A stretch of 64,000 nucleotides of DNA from Cirrosporium novae-zelandiae (taxonomy: Eukaryota): NCBI GenBank assembly GCA_026023565.1, contig JAPETS010000014.1, positions 62,001 through 126,000 on the forward strand, given 5' to 3'. This document shows, in pieces, positions 12,717-25,146 of this stretch. The position numbers and the translations under genes were made by a program. How positions within the stretch are numbered: position 1 is the stretch's first letter; each line of letters begins with the position of its first letter. The notes under the pieces were generated by a model, which saw only the letters and a list, made by a program, of their open reading frames with translations, did no database searches and was not told the DNA's origin.

Positions 12717-13911
12717 CTACCCGTCAAAGGTACCTTAAAGCCCTTTTTATTTCTTCTTTGCCAAAAAGGTGTACGTTACAGCTCCAAATCGTGCATTATG
12801 CTAAGGAAATTCAGAAAAGGGCAACTGGCGTCTAAGGGAATAAAGAATGTCGTCGTTCTATTCTTGCAGCAAGCCTAACCTTGTCCATTTCCTCAATAGT
12901 CAACAACAACTTTGGGTGTATTCTCAAAGCAAATACCGTCGGCGTATGATAGATCATGGCAGTCTAGCCTAAGAACACCTAAGATGCCCCCAGTATCACA
13001 GATAAGAAGATAATGGTCTTGGATGGGATATAATGGACTAACTTTTCTGATATCTAAATGCTATCAGCCATTAGATAATTCCTCTCCAAAGCCAACATAG
13101 CACTTAGGGTCTTTCATACTTTCTACTCTAGTACAGAGATCACTCACTCAAGGCAGGATCCATTTATTGTGAAAAGAAAGAAATGCTGACTTCCAGTGCT
13201 TATCATATATAATGCTTCCAAGAAGCTGTGGATAAGGAAGACTTTATCCATTTTAAACACTAAGGATCAAAAGGAACATTAAGTCAGCTAGATTATTTCG
13301 GTCTCCCATATCAACCAGTCAGTATTTATAAGCATTTGTCGTTCAATATTACCCACCTCATTGATGAAATCTAAATAATGAGAATAGTATATTGAGCAAA
13401 ACTCTTCTCGCCACCACTGCTCGCCACTCCCAACCTAAAACCTATTGTATCATACCAATCCTTGGGTCTTTTCCGCTAAAGCTAATGACACAGAGCATCA
13501 GTTGTAAACTAGGTTGAGGCTTGAGGATTGTCACGTATCGTCCCCCCATGAGCTATCTTATTCCATTCCAAAGCCAACTCCTTTACTTGTATCAAAATTA
13601 CAAAGGCCCTGTAACACATATTTACAATCAATCAATTAGTTTCATTATTGGGGCAATAGACCATCTGTCCAAAGGACTGTTCAAACAGACTTATCAGTTT
13701 TATTATTCTACCTCCTCAACTCCATGACATCACCTCACCAGTGGCTGACCTTAACTTGTCTCACCTCTGGCTTCTAGCTTCTAGCAGTTTTTGATCTTCC
13801 CACAACACTTATCCCCTTCAGTCTTTATTAAGACCACCTTCCCTCCAAAACATTCACTCTTCATTAAATTTACTTTCTACCTCTCTTTAATACATACCTC
13901 TAATTGTTTTC

Positions 13912-16304
13912 ATGATGATTATCAGTGAGGAGCCTAAGGGCTTTGCAGACCCAACTCTACTCGGGAAGATCGACAAGCTTTTTGCCTGTAATGTTGGACA
14001 GCACATCAACCTACCTCAGTTGATTGTTGTTGGAGATCAATCGAGCGGTAAAAGTTCGGTTCTGGAGGGCCTGACGGATCTTCCTTTCCCCCGCGACAGT
14101 GGCCTTTGCACTCGATTTGCAACTCAGATCACCTTTCGAAGATCAGTAAATACTCGCGTTGCTATAACCATCATTCCGGGTCCGAATGCGAGTGAAGAGC
14201 ACAAAGACAGCATCCGAGCCTGGGCCAAGGCCGATATGCAAACCTTTGATGGCGAGAAGTTTCGTGATATCATGGCCGAAGTAAAGTCTTAACTAGTAAT
14301 TGAATTCATAGTTGGCTAATATTATGGAAACTCGCAGGTCCACAAAGTTATGGGCTTATCCGTCAAAGATACAGACCCTCTAGCCAAGAAGGACGCATTC
14401 TCAGAGGACATTCTATCTCTCGAAGTCTGTGGGCCGAACCAAGAGCATCTAAGTGTCATTGACATCCCAGGACTTTTTGAGAACCCAACCGAGGGAGTGA
14501 CAACAAAGGCCGACATAATAGTAGTGAAAAATATGGTGCGTCGCTACATGGAAAACCATAGGTCTATTATACTTGCTGTAGTTCCTGCCAACGTAGATCC
14601 AGCCACCCAAACGATCTTGCGAATGGCTGACGAACTGGACCCCAATGGCATCAGAACTCTTGGCGTCCTCACAAAGCCAGACCTTGTTGATAAGGGAGCT
14701 GAACATGGCGTGGTGGATTTAGTGGAGGGTAGGAAACATAAGCTGAATTTGGGGTGGTGCTTGGTGCGCAACCTTGGTCAAGCCGAAGTCTCGGATGGGA
14801 CTTCCAGTCGCCATGCTGCAGAAAAGGCGTTCTTCGAACAGCACCGCCCATGGAGTACGCTGGATAAGGACAAAGTTGGCGTGGGCTCTCTAAAAACACG
14901 CTTACGTGAAATCCTAGCTAGGCTCATCCACCGAGAATTTGTCAAGGTAGGCATTACCCATCTAGACAGTATTACTTCATTCTAAATGGCAAAATAGGTG
15001 AAATCGGAAATTAGCAAGAAGCTAATAGAATGCAAACGCCAACTAGAATCACTTGGAATGAAAAGGGGCACGGAGGAGGAACAACGCCAATACTTACTTG
15101 AACTCACTATGGCCTTTCAAAATATTGTGAATCTCGCTATTGACGCAAAATATGGCTCAGATGAGATCTTCGAGCAACTTGAAGGTCTCAGGCTTATTAC
15201 AAAAATCGCGGATCGTAATGAAATGTTTGCTAACGATGTTGCCGAAATGGGTAACTATTTCCCATTTCATGATGGCTCAATACAAACACCGGTAGATAGC
15301 GACAATGAGCTGGAAGAAGATTCTGAAGAAACAAATTCCATGGAAGGGTTCCAAGTCCGCCGGCATGTAAATTTTCCGGAGCTCGAAGATATTCTCTATG
15401 ATACAACCCTCGCTGTTGGGACAGGAAGAAAAGATATCCTTACTTGGCTAACGCTCGTCTATAAAGGTTCAAGAGCATTTGATATGGGTACATTCTCGCC
15501 TTATTTGCTAGCAACTACAATGAAGAAGCAATCCATCAATTGGGATGGGCTTGCACTTGGCTATATTAGTGATGTTGTTTGTATCGTCCATGACTTCATT
15601 CATCGTCTTCTTCAAGCCACTTGCCCTGAGGAAACAATAAAAACGCGTATATTGTCACAAATCACAGATGATTTAGTTCAAATGTACAAAAAGGCATTTG
15701 ACCATGTTAGGTTTATCCTGCAGGTTGAAAGAGCTGGGAATCCGTTAACACTAAATCATTATTTCAATGATAGTCTTGAAAAATGGTGAGTAAAGTTTTC
15801 TCATTCTTCTATAACATATTTCGCATAGGCAAAGAAACATAAATTGGTCGAAGCTCTTTACGAGAGGCCGTGCTAACTCTGGGTTTCTTCCAAAGCCGCC
15901 AAGAGCGGATTCAAGCCGCGATGGAATCGAAGTCCTTCCATTGTCTCCCTAAATCCCACGTTAATTATCAGAAGGAGGAGGTAGTTCGCCTTTCCGATAT
16001 CAAACAGAGCCACCCCATGAGCAATATTGAGTACACCGTCCACGACATTCACGACATCCTCAAGTCATACTACAAAGTTGCGCGCAAGCGTTTCGTTGAC
16101 AACATCTGCATGCAGGCGGCAAACCACTTCCTTCTTACCGGCCCAGACACTCCATTGAAGCTCTTCTCGCCCTCATACGTAAGCAAGTTGACTACAGAAC
16201 AGCTCGAGGAGATTGCAGGTGAAGACGGGACAACGAGGCGCAAGCGCAAGCAGTTGGAGAAGGAGATCAAGGAGTTGGAAGCTGGGCGGAAGATCGTGGT
16301 GTAG
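13912..16304 (+). CDS. Dynamin-superfamily GTPase, Mx-like fungal type (~724 aa)
   Basis: LPQLIVVGDQSSGKSSVLE (G1), CTRFAT (G2), DIPG (G3), TKPD (G4), C-terminal GED-like YYKVARKRFVDN; exons 13912-14280, 14338-14946, 14998-15785, 15896-16304 join in frame. Confidence 0.93.
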
Positions 16305-18138
16305 ATAGGTAGGCATCATCAAAATGTATCCATCCTGTCTTCGAGCAAAACAAGAAGCTGGAATGGTAATTCATCAAAATGTCTTCTTAGATGGTATGTG
16401 GCTAGTGTTGTTGGGTTAGATCACGATTACACTTGTTGGACGCATACTGCTGCCGCTTTAGATGATAGTCCAGGATAGATACAGTACGTGACTTTGTGGC
16501 TTTAGTGTTGTTGTTGTGTGTTAGTCTAGACTCCTACCTGAGAGGTTTCTGTGTCTCCTGTTAGAAATAGCCAATTCAATACCTACGTAGGTAAATAACC
16601 TATACTAATCATACTTGTTTTTTCCTTTCCAACATTTTCTTCTATTTACGGTATCTATGAAATATCAAGTTAGCCCTCCCAAACAGCAAAACCTTTCATC
16701 ATTACAACTACTGTAAATTATTCCTTCCCTCCTACCCCCTCCTCCTCCTCCTCTTGAAACCTAAGATACTTTAAAAAAAAAACACTCTACCCATATATAT
16801 ATTGGGGGTTAAACTACTCATTTAAATAAACGAAGAAGTTGTAAGAGTTGTAAAAAAAAAAAAAAAAATCGTTTTCTAATTACTTATATATATATTTCGT
16901 GAAAAGGGGATCTAATTAATCTATGCTGTAATTAATTACTTAATATAAGGTAGTTAAAGGGATTTTATAATGATAATATGTTATATGTAGGATAGGTTTG
17001 TTTATAATGGGGGGGGGGGGTTGGTATCTGGAAAGGTAGATGTAGTTAGGGAAGGGAAGAGGACGTAGGATACATACAGTATACATCCATAATTACATTT
17101 CAATACCAAATCCCATCCAAAACATTTTAAAAAAAATTCCCCTTTCTCTTCCCCTCCTCTCCTCTCTTTCTTTCTTTCTTTTGCAGGGAATTATTTTTAT
17201 TTTATTTTATTTCATCACATCATCATCATTCTATTCTATTCTATATAGGACTTCACCTTATCTTATCTTAGGATGATAGAGAATATATTTTGAAAGTTAT
17301 TTATAAAAGAAAATAAAGGGGGGGGGGCTGGATGGGTATGGGTGATGGCACTGATGGGCGTGGTATATGGAGAGGTATTAGTAGAAGAGTATACAGTAAA
17401 ATACCCTTACCTTCCTATGCCATACAGTCAGTACCATACAATGGAGGCTATAATTTCAAATTAACATTAAGGTACTAATTACTTAAGCTATAGCCTAATC
17501 ATCTAGAATAATAGATCTTCAGATAACTTAACTATCTAACTACAGACTCGAGTTCAAATAATACATAGGTAATCATGAACTCTTCTACAGAATTGTACAG
17601 TGCCCACTTTGATATGGTTTTTATGCTTCGCTGACCTGGCTGATTTTGATTCACTCAACTCTCTTCACTTGGTGGTGGTTATGATTCGTCGGAGGAGACC
17701 AATAAATGAATGAGTTGGTAAATACTAAAACAACAACAATAAAGAACTTCAAGACAGGCTAAGTAGCGTGTGTAGGTTTGCGAGTGGATGAGTGGTTTGA
17801 TGGATGGCTTGATTTGATTTTGATGATGTTGTGGTGGGGGATGTGTGTGTGTGTGTGACCTTGATACATCCAGAATATGAACCAGTTGTTTGAGATGGCA
17901 TGCGGCACAGCTCCGAGCCTCCTTTAAGGGACCTGCCTGCTGCCTGCTATATCTTGTCTGTCTGTCTGTCTTCCATCTCATCCATCAAAAACCCTCCTCC
18001 TCTCATCCTCGGCTTTCTGAAGTATAATGTTATACTTTATGACTTTATAAGGAAAAGGGAGAAAGACAAAACAACAAAAGCGAATATTTCCTATTTTTGT
18101 GTTATTTGAGGTCGAAGATATAGATAGTCAACCCAATC

Positions 18139-19200
18139 ATGGCGTTCGAAACTTACTTATCTTTTTCTTCGATGGGGAAAATTACAGGTTAGTACCAAAC
18201 AAACTCCCTCTTGATTCCCATCCCCTAACACAAAGAAACCCCAGACTCCAAGGCCAAAGTCCCCCGCTACCTATTCCGAGCATTCTCGAATGAATCTCGC
18301 GGCATCAACTCGTCCACGGTGATCGCCTCAGAAGCTTCTAAACTTGAGTGTGCTCATCCAAGCATTTACGAGATCCCTTTCAAGGAAGCCAAGCCCATGG
18401 TCGAGAAACATCTTCTTTGGTACAGGTATTATATCACGTCCGAATTCATATCTTGGTCTAGCTCCTTGCTGTGGGTCCTGCAACATGCAGTACGCAAGGT
18501 GAAGTATGAAAAGGAAGATGACATCTGCATATGTGTTCTGGATAACACTCGAAGGGTGGAGGGTGTTTCGATATATCCGGCAATGACTCTGCTCGATGTT
18601 TACGGTATAGAGAGCATTGGGAAGTTGACACACGAGTATTATAGAGCTGAATATCTTGCTCATTGTGAAATTGAAAATACAAGCAACTTTAGGGTGGTGC
18701 CGTTACAAGCCCTAATTGATCACGGGTTGTACGAATTGTTCCCTGAGCTAGATGAGCAAGAAGATCCATCACAGCTAGCCCGCCAGGTGAATGAGTTTCG
18801 CTCTCAATTTTTCAGCCGATCATCAAATGTAACCATCCGGGAGGCCCAGCTATCAAGAAACCTTGGAGAACTTTTTGGTAGCAACCTAGCTTTGCCTGTG
18901 GCAGTGGCATTTCTATCGTTGCAGCCTCGACCCGAAAGTGGTGACGGGTTCGACATAATCCTAGAAGGGCTAGATGACTTGGAGATTCCATTGCCAAATA
19001 ATCCAGACGCTTTGGCCTACCGTGACCCTGATGTTAACACTAGAAACTTGGAAGAGGTTTCAACATTCATGCGATTGTTGCGGCTGCTTTGTGCGACGGG
19101 TTGGAGTGGGTCCGAGGACGGTGAACTTTCGTCGAGGTCTTCTGGTTCGGACGACGAAGATGGTCTTATTCGAGAAATGAATAGTCTTTCGTGTGAGTAG
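18139..19200 (+). CDS. Hypothetical protein with putative ADP-ribosyltransferase-like fold (resembles fungal DUF7587-type proteins)
   Basis: ATG 18139 and intron 18188-18244 give MAFETY..KIT|DSKAKVPRYLFRAFS..G..FISWSSSLLWVLQHA..AEYLAH. The order L-F-R, I-S-W-S, E-Y-L resembles R-S-E clade ARTs. Domain name is from recall. Confidence 0.65.
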
Positions 19201-19401
19201 TAGTCTCAATTTCTTTTTTTCAAGGATATTTTTCTCACGTGTAACCAGTGCGCGGTTCGAAAACTGTCTACGATGGTGAAAATGATGAAGGGAATGCATA
19301 TTTTGAAGGGATTCACGGAGATGCAGACGATTCCGACGACGAAGCTGAGGAAAATAATTGGTAATGGCTAGAGGAAGCCCCTATTCGAAATGATAAAAAA
19401 C

Positions 19402-19410
19402 AAAAAAAAA
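19402..19410 (-). terminator. RNA polymerase III oligo-T terminator of the 5S gene
   Basis: A-run on the + strand immediately 3' of the 5S gene on the - strand. Confidence 0.8.
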
Positions 19411-19528
19411 CATACAACAGCAGGTATTCGCTGGTCGTCACCGACCCAACTACTAACCTGCCGGTCTCGAGTTTATGTATGGCAGAGCGGACGGGATGCC
19501 CAGTTCTCTTGAGCCTGTGGTCGTATGT
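19411..19528 (-). rRNA. 5S ribosomal RNA (dispersed copy)
   Basis: Reverse complement ACATACGACCACAGGCTCAAGAGAACTGGGCATCCCGTCCGCTCTGCC...GGTTAGTAGTTGGGTCGGTGACGACCAGCGAATACCTGCTGTTGTATG; terminal helix pairs; TATA-like element ~25-30 nt upstream. Confidence 0.96.
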
Positions 19529-19764
19529 ATCTGTTAAGTAGAGTCTTGAATATTATATTGGTCGGTTAGTCATGTGTTTGTGGTAGATTTCACGAGTTGT
19601 CCATTCTCAATATCCTCGGCTCTATTAGTGGAACATCAGTGTTTATTAGAGATCCAACAATGTTATAGGTAGGAGATGAATAGGGAGAGAAATCATCATT
19701 ATTCTTTCTCTTGATAAATTGGAAATAAAGAAGATATTACATTAGCAGAGAATAAGTTTCCTAT

Positions 19765-20929
19765 CTAAGCACCTGGAGACCCAGTTTCACTTGGCTTTCT
19801 GGCGTATACCACAATGACCGGGCTATAACAATGCTGGGTTGTATCTTTCAAAGCATTCCTCCCTTCCATCAAGAATAATTCAGCTTTCTCCCGGGACCAC
19901 CCCAGCTTCTTGGTGAGAATCCCAAGCCCAACCGCCGAAAGCCCCCCCGTTTCGACCATATTTTTCGTCATCAATCTTCCGACTGTTTTGAGTGGTTCTT
20001 GCTCCGGCCATTCAGTCCACGGGAACTTGAGATTTACTTGATGGATATCCACGAATCCGGCATCCTTCAGCATACTAGCTGCATATTGGACCTTCCGCAT
20101 GTCAAACCCCATCTTCAGACCCCCTTCTATCATATACCTACTCAACCGTACAAGGGGATGATCGTTTTTCACAGTTCCATCGTCACAGGTTTCACTCGCA
20201 TCGGACATAAAATATAGGTCTTGTATTTCAATCCAGCCCCCTGGCTTCAAATGGTTGAATGCTTGGCGAAAGTAATTCGGCCAGTCTTTCCACCCAGCTG
20301 CTACAGCTCGGCTGTGGATGAAATCAAAGGGTCGTGTGAACATCCAGTCCATTTCGCTGTCCTCGACGATGAATTCTAAATTTTGCGGTACCTGGCGAGC
20401 AATTAAGATCTGGCATTCTATGACGACACAAGTATAGATTAGGTAAAAGGATCGGTCGTACAAATGAGGATTGTATGGGACTTAAATCTGTACCGATAAC
20501 CCTTGCCTGTGGATGTGCATCTGCGAAATCTATGGCCCAATTTCCGGTTCCCGTTGCGATATCTACCACATCATGGATCTCGTCTTCATTTAAGGGTGCA
20601 AGATACAATTTTCCACTCAATATCAGGGTCCACATCTTGTGTTGGATGTCTAATCGTTCTACTTCAACCTCATCATTCGGCAACAGGTATGTCCCGTTTT
20701 TGAAAGCATTGTAGCGTCGTCCATTGCTGTATTCAAAATCGAGGACTTCTGAATTGAGGGTCTGGGTCAGTGATTCTATGTCGGAGCCTATGGCCGAATC
20801 ATCTTCGAAAGGGTCGTCATGAGGGTGATTTATCTCACCGTGTTCTCCTTGTGGAGGATCGCTAGAGCTTGCTGTGCTAATTTGGTGATGTTCCTGCGGC
20901 ATTGCGATCTTTGCGGAGCAATTTTCCAT
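19765..20929 (-). CDS. SAM-dependent methyltransferase, LaeA-like (LLM) family
   Basis: NGRRYNAF..YLLPNDEVEVERLDIQH, VVDIATGTGNWAIDFAD, GTDLSPIQ, FDFIHSR, LKPGGWIE; intron 20392-20461; start at 20929 or the next Met. Confidence 0.92.
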
Positions 20930-21889
20930 TATTGCTGTACTTCGGGTGTAAACGCTTGGTCGTATGGAAAGTTCTCGATTTCAAGATTTCTTTTATCATA
21001 TCTTCTTTGTAAATATCACATAGAAAATTAACTCGGCAATAGAAGCTATGCTTGAACAAAAGACAAAGGATACCGCGAGAAACGCTGTAGAGGTCATTGT
21101 AGGCATCTTCGGATATAAGTAACAACCTGGATATGCCAATTGGTGGTTCTTAAGTCGCAGTTCTAATCAAACTTCTTAAACTTGCTGTCCACTATCACAC
21201 ATCGAGAACCCTCGGCCAGCAGAGTAGTTCGCCTTAGAATGTAACTTTATGGTGGTATTGTTGAATCAATAACACTAACAAATTCTTTTAGTTTTTCCAT
21301 CAATAGCAGTCAGCTGTTTGCCTTTAAACCCTTGGAGGAAGTTCTAGATCAGATAGATGTTGTGAGGAGCGATTGTTTACTTTTTGATAATGTATGTAGT
21401 GATTGCTTCAAGCCGTCAAAACCTCGAATGGAACTGAAGTCCACGCTAGCATTTAATAGGCCTACAATCGATACTACACTTAACCGGCACCTCGGCCCGG
21501 GCCGCTCGGTGGAACCCCAAGATCCATATCTACAGGTTACCAAAGAAACATTATCTATCTCTGATACTGAACAGATATTTGATAGATAATAACCCCTTTG
21601 CTTGGAACTCAAAAACTCATATTTTCTCAAAATGGTTTTTTTCCCTCTAAACATCTATCTAAATCTAAGAATGCTACCTCTGTCCTGCTTTAATTCTTGA
21701 TTTCTATTTGGATCTTCCCCTTCATGTGAATTTGATCCATTGTCTCGTGCATGTATCAGATTATGAAACCTGGCCCATCCAGATTCCTAGCAAAGGGGCC
21801 TTGAAGACCTCATAGCTCATAAAACCTGCATCGTTATTGCTACAATCTATAGCTGCATCCTCGCAGGACCTAGTAACGCCCTGTTCGAG

Positions 21890-22168
21890 TCAAGGTATTC
21901 TCTTTTTTACACAAACAGGCGTCGCCTCTCCTCCACAGTCTGCATATTTGTCTAAGGACATGTAAACACTACAGTTGGCGTTGATGTTGTCTAGGGAGTC
22001 ACTTACTACCAAGGGAATTCTACTGATGTCAGTGTAGTCGCGTGCGCCGATAGTGAAGATTTCATCGCCCATGTAAAATTGTTTTCGGAGTCGATGATAA
22101 GGGACCCCACCGCGGATATGATGGGAATGATGATGAAGATGGCGGAGGGTACGGTAAGCAAATTGCAT
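21890..22168 (-). pseudogene. Possible frameshifted small secreted protein
   Basis: ccgccactATG start; deleting one base gives signal-like MQFLTVPSAIFIIIPIISA; the downstream frame contains three Cys (NCS..DCGG..VCV). Confidence 0.25.
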
Positions 22169-22574
22169 AGTGGCGGGTTTTCAATTGCTTGCTTCACCTG
22201 AGATTGAACTGGAAGGTAACTTTGAGGTATAAATTGATAAATCTACAAGTATAGAGACTGGAAGTTAGGTTGTAAATAGGTACCAAAATAATTTCATTGG
22301 TTATGTGACAATTGCTAACGGCTGGATTTTCTAAGGGCCTAGTGTAGAAAATCCTTCATTTGATCATTAAATAAGCTTATACCTGGTAACTTAACTAATG
22401 GGATTGCGATCAATGTAAACACTCACCACTCTCACAAGACAAGGTATCATCTATCCTACCTGAAAAAAAATTTACAACAATTCTAAGCACTTCAACTATT
22501 AAAACGTAAGCTATCAATAGAATATTATTTTGCTTTTGGCTGAATTACAAAAGTCTCTCCTAAAGACTTACCAT

Positions 22575-23469
22575 ATAGTGTTTGGTCATCGAAATATTCA
22601 TCATTGTCTGGGATATATGCATGTTGTTCCTCCGGTTGGGCCCATATGTGGACAGTGGCCCTTTACTTCCATCAACAAGCTTTACTTTTGATAATGCATC
22701 CGCACCCTACACTTATCAAACTCGCCTTAGACCGTATCAGCGTCAACAAAACACGAATAGTCTGGTATACAACACTATCGCCCCAAGCTTCATCGTGGGT
22801 CCCAAGGGCTTTCCCAGCCAGGATTTGAATGCACTGCTCAGTGCTGGTGTATAAGCCATGTTCTTCAATACAGCGTTGTTAGATAGAAGAGTAAAGGCTG
22901 GCAATAGTAGCCTGCGTAATAAAAGCGTCTAAAGTATTAAGATGAATAGCCCTTCGCCACTATACACTGAGAGCGAGAACCCAGGCATCGTATTGCATCA
23001 CAGCACCGGTGGAGTCGAAGAGCCAAAAGGCGGTCTATCATTGAGGTTTTAAATTAGTGCCGGCATCATAAGTCGGATTTTGACGGTGTCTTGGATGGCA
23101 CAAAGCAGAGTATATTAATGACGTGCATCTCACCTGTTTTAAGACACTAATCAACTTCCCATCATCCGATGAACCTAGGTTCGCCACGTTCATATAAAAG
23201 TATCCAGTACTTGCTGCAACCTCAGGACAACTGTTTATGAATTCGACGACCAGTCCTTTGGTGAACGCAATATAGCTATCCCTAGCAGTAGGGATAGGAG
23301 CTAAGCCCCGAAAGTACTCAATGCTATCATCAAATCCAGAAAAAGCCCCCAACGGGATAACACGTCCAGTTGTCTGGCTATTGAAGAACAAAGCAAGAAC
23401 AATAAATATTAAAACCATGGATTTTAATGCCTTCTTTGGGTAGTCAGTAGCAGAACCACCATGTAACAC
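22575..23469 (-). pseudogene. Pseudogene of a conserved fungal secreted-protein family
   Basis: TGRVIPLGAFSGFDDSIEYF..CPEVAAS..LKQ|TAFWLFDSTGAVMQYDAWVLALSV*..SI*QRC..QCIQILAGKALGTHDEAWGDSVVYQTIRVLLTLIR|GHCPHMGPTGG..YFDDQTLYG; in-frame stops at 22960-22962 and 22879-22881. Confidence 0.75.
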
Positions 23470-25118
23470 TGAGCTAGGACCCTAATCAAGATAGGGAGAC
23501 ATCAACATCTTGAGAAATCAGAACGTAAAAGGTTCCTGCATTCATAATTCAACTAGATAGACTGAGGGAAACCGCCTGATATTTCGATTAATGAGATTTT
23601 GCTTTTTATTGAACACCAGGCTCATGTGTGGCAGTGGGTTTCCATTACCCTGCATTGATAGAGGGGGTAAGGTCTGCTAAAACTCTAGTCACGATGGAAA
23701 AGCCAAGTGTTTTGGTACATTTAGAGACTGGTGGATGTCTGCCATAGCCCGAAGGCGACATGCAGACAATAAAATGAATTATCATCATCAGAGGCTAGTA
23801 GAGCCGACCAGATCCGAATGAGGATTTTCGAGGCCAAGGAAATGCTCGACGACATGTAGCTATGAACCACATCCAATCGTAGATATATTCAGCTTACAAC
23901 TGAGTCCCGACAGAATATAAAAACAGTGATTGGGGATAAGATCTCGGTATCATGTGTTTATGCTAGAGAAAGTTCAGGGAGCGGTGGGTTGTACTGTACA
24001 GTACTGTGGCTAATTATTTTGCTAGCCCCGAAAAATAGATTCGCCTAGCTTCGCGCTCTGGACAGCTTGACAGTGCTAGTCTCTGACAAACAGCGTTCGG
24101 TTAGTTATCGGATGTCAAAAGGCACAGGAAATTGGTTCAATTGCGCAATATCTCCAGCGAAAAAAGAACATATTCATGTAAACCACAAATTGACTAAATG
24201 CACGGCCATAGAGGGGGGGAACGAGAGGGAAGCAGTTTGCCACGTGCGATGGATGACGACCCCAGGTGCCGCTGTGAAGGTACCGAGATTTCTTAAAATA
24301 AACCTGAAACGCGAGATATAATATATACACAGTATTAGTCTACTACTATTGTATGTAGCATTGATAGCTTTTACTTGGTAGATTCACTCAATATATTTGG
24401 AAGGATGGGAATGATGAACTAGTTATTAGTGATGCTTATGAAGGAAGAGCAGGCGCCGAGTGGTGCTGTCAACGAAATAGAAAATCCAAGTAAGATTAAC
24501 CTACTTTCTTTTATTTTTCCACACCAGAAGCTATGTATTGTTGAGATCTATATCTTCTCATACTTTCCTATTAAATTGCTTGTCAGCGTTGAAACTTTCA
24601 AACCCTTGGGAATGGACAGGGAATCAGGCAGGGTTGATTGAACGTTGCAATGAATAATGACAATCTCCAATCTCGCCTAAGTCCGTGCATAAAATTAGTG
24701 TAGAGAACCTGAGGCCATTAACTCCAACCTGGCCGTAATCAAAACACTGGAGACTAAACAATCATGCTGGTTTTGGAAACGGTAGACCGATAGGCATTGA
24801 AACCAATCCAGATTTAGATTCAGCCTATGACTTGACCATGCTTGACTATGCTTGACACGTTGCGAGTCCGACTGATACTCTAGACCATAAGACGGCTGAT
24901 TGAGTTGTCAATAGTTAGAATGACCCAATCAAGACACTTGAGACTTGAGGCTTGAGGACCTTGGGACCTTGGACACATGTTCGGCCATCTTTTGACAGAG
25001 GTTCGGATTTCTCACTGATTGTTTTTAACCACTCCAGATAGATGTCTTTACTGTGGAGAAGAAATAATTAATATATCTGCTCGGGATTGATGTGGGCCGT
25101 AAGTTAGTTTCTTTGCAA

Positions 25119-25146
25119 AGAAGAAGAAGAAGAAGAAGAAGAAGAA
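25119..25146. repeat. (GAA)n microsatellite
   Basis: agaagaagaaga... run visible. Confidence 0.85.

Noticed and set aside
12850..13650. Possible decayed zinc-dependent dehydrogenase on the - strand (IGFRLGVASSGGEKSFAQY)
   Set aside because: One short resemblance among many stops; cannot be supported without a search.
19765..20929. Secondary-metabolite gene cluster around the LaeA-like methyltransferase
   Set aside because: No PKS, NRPS, terpene synthase or tailoring-enzyme set nearby.
13900..23500. Starship or other giant transposon carrying the accessory genes
   Set aside because: No tyrosine-recombinase captain gene or element boundaries are visible, and the 5S gene is intact rather than split.
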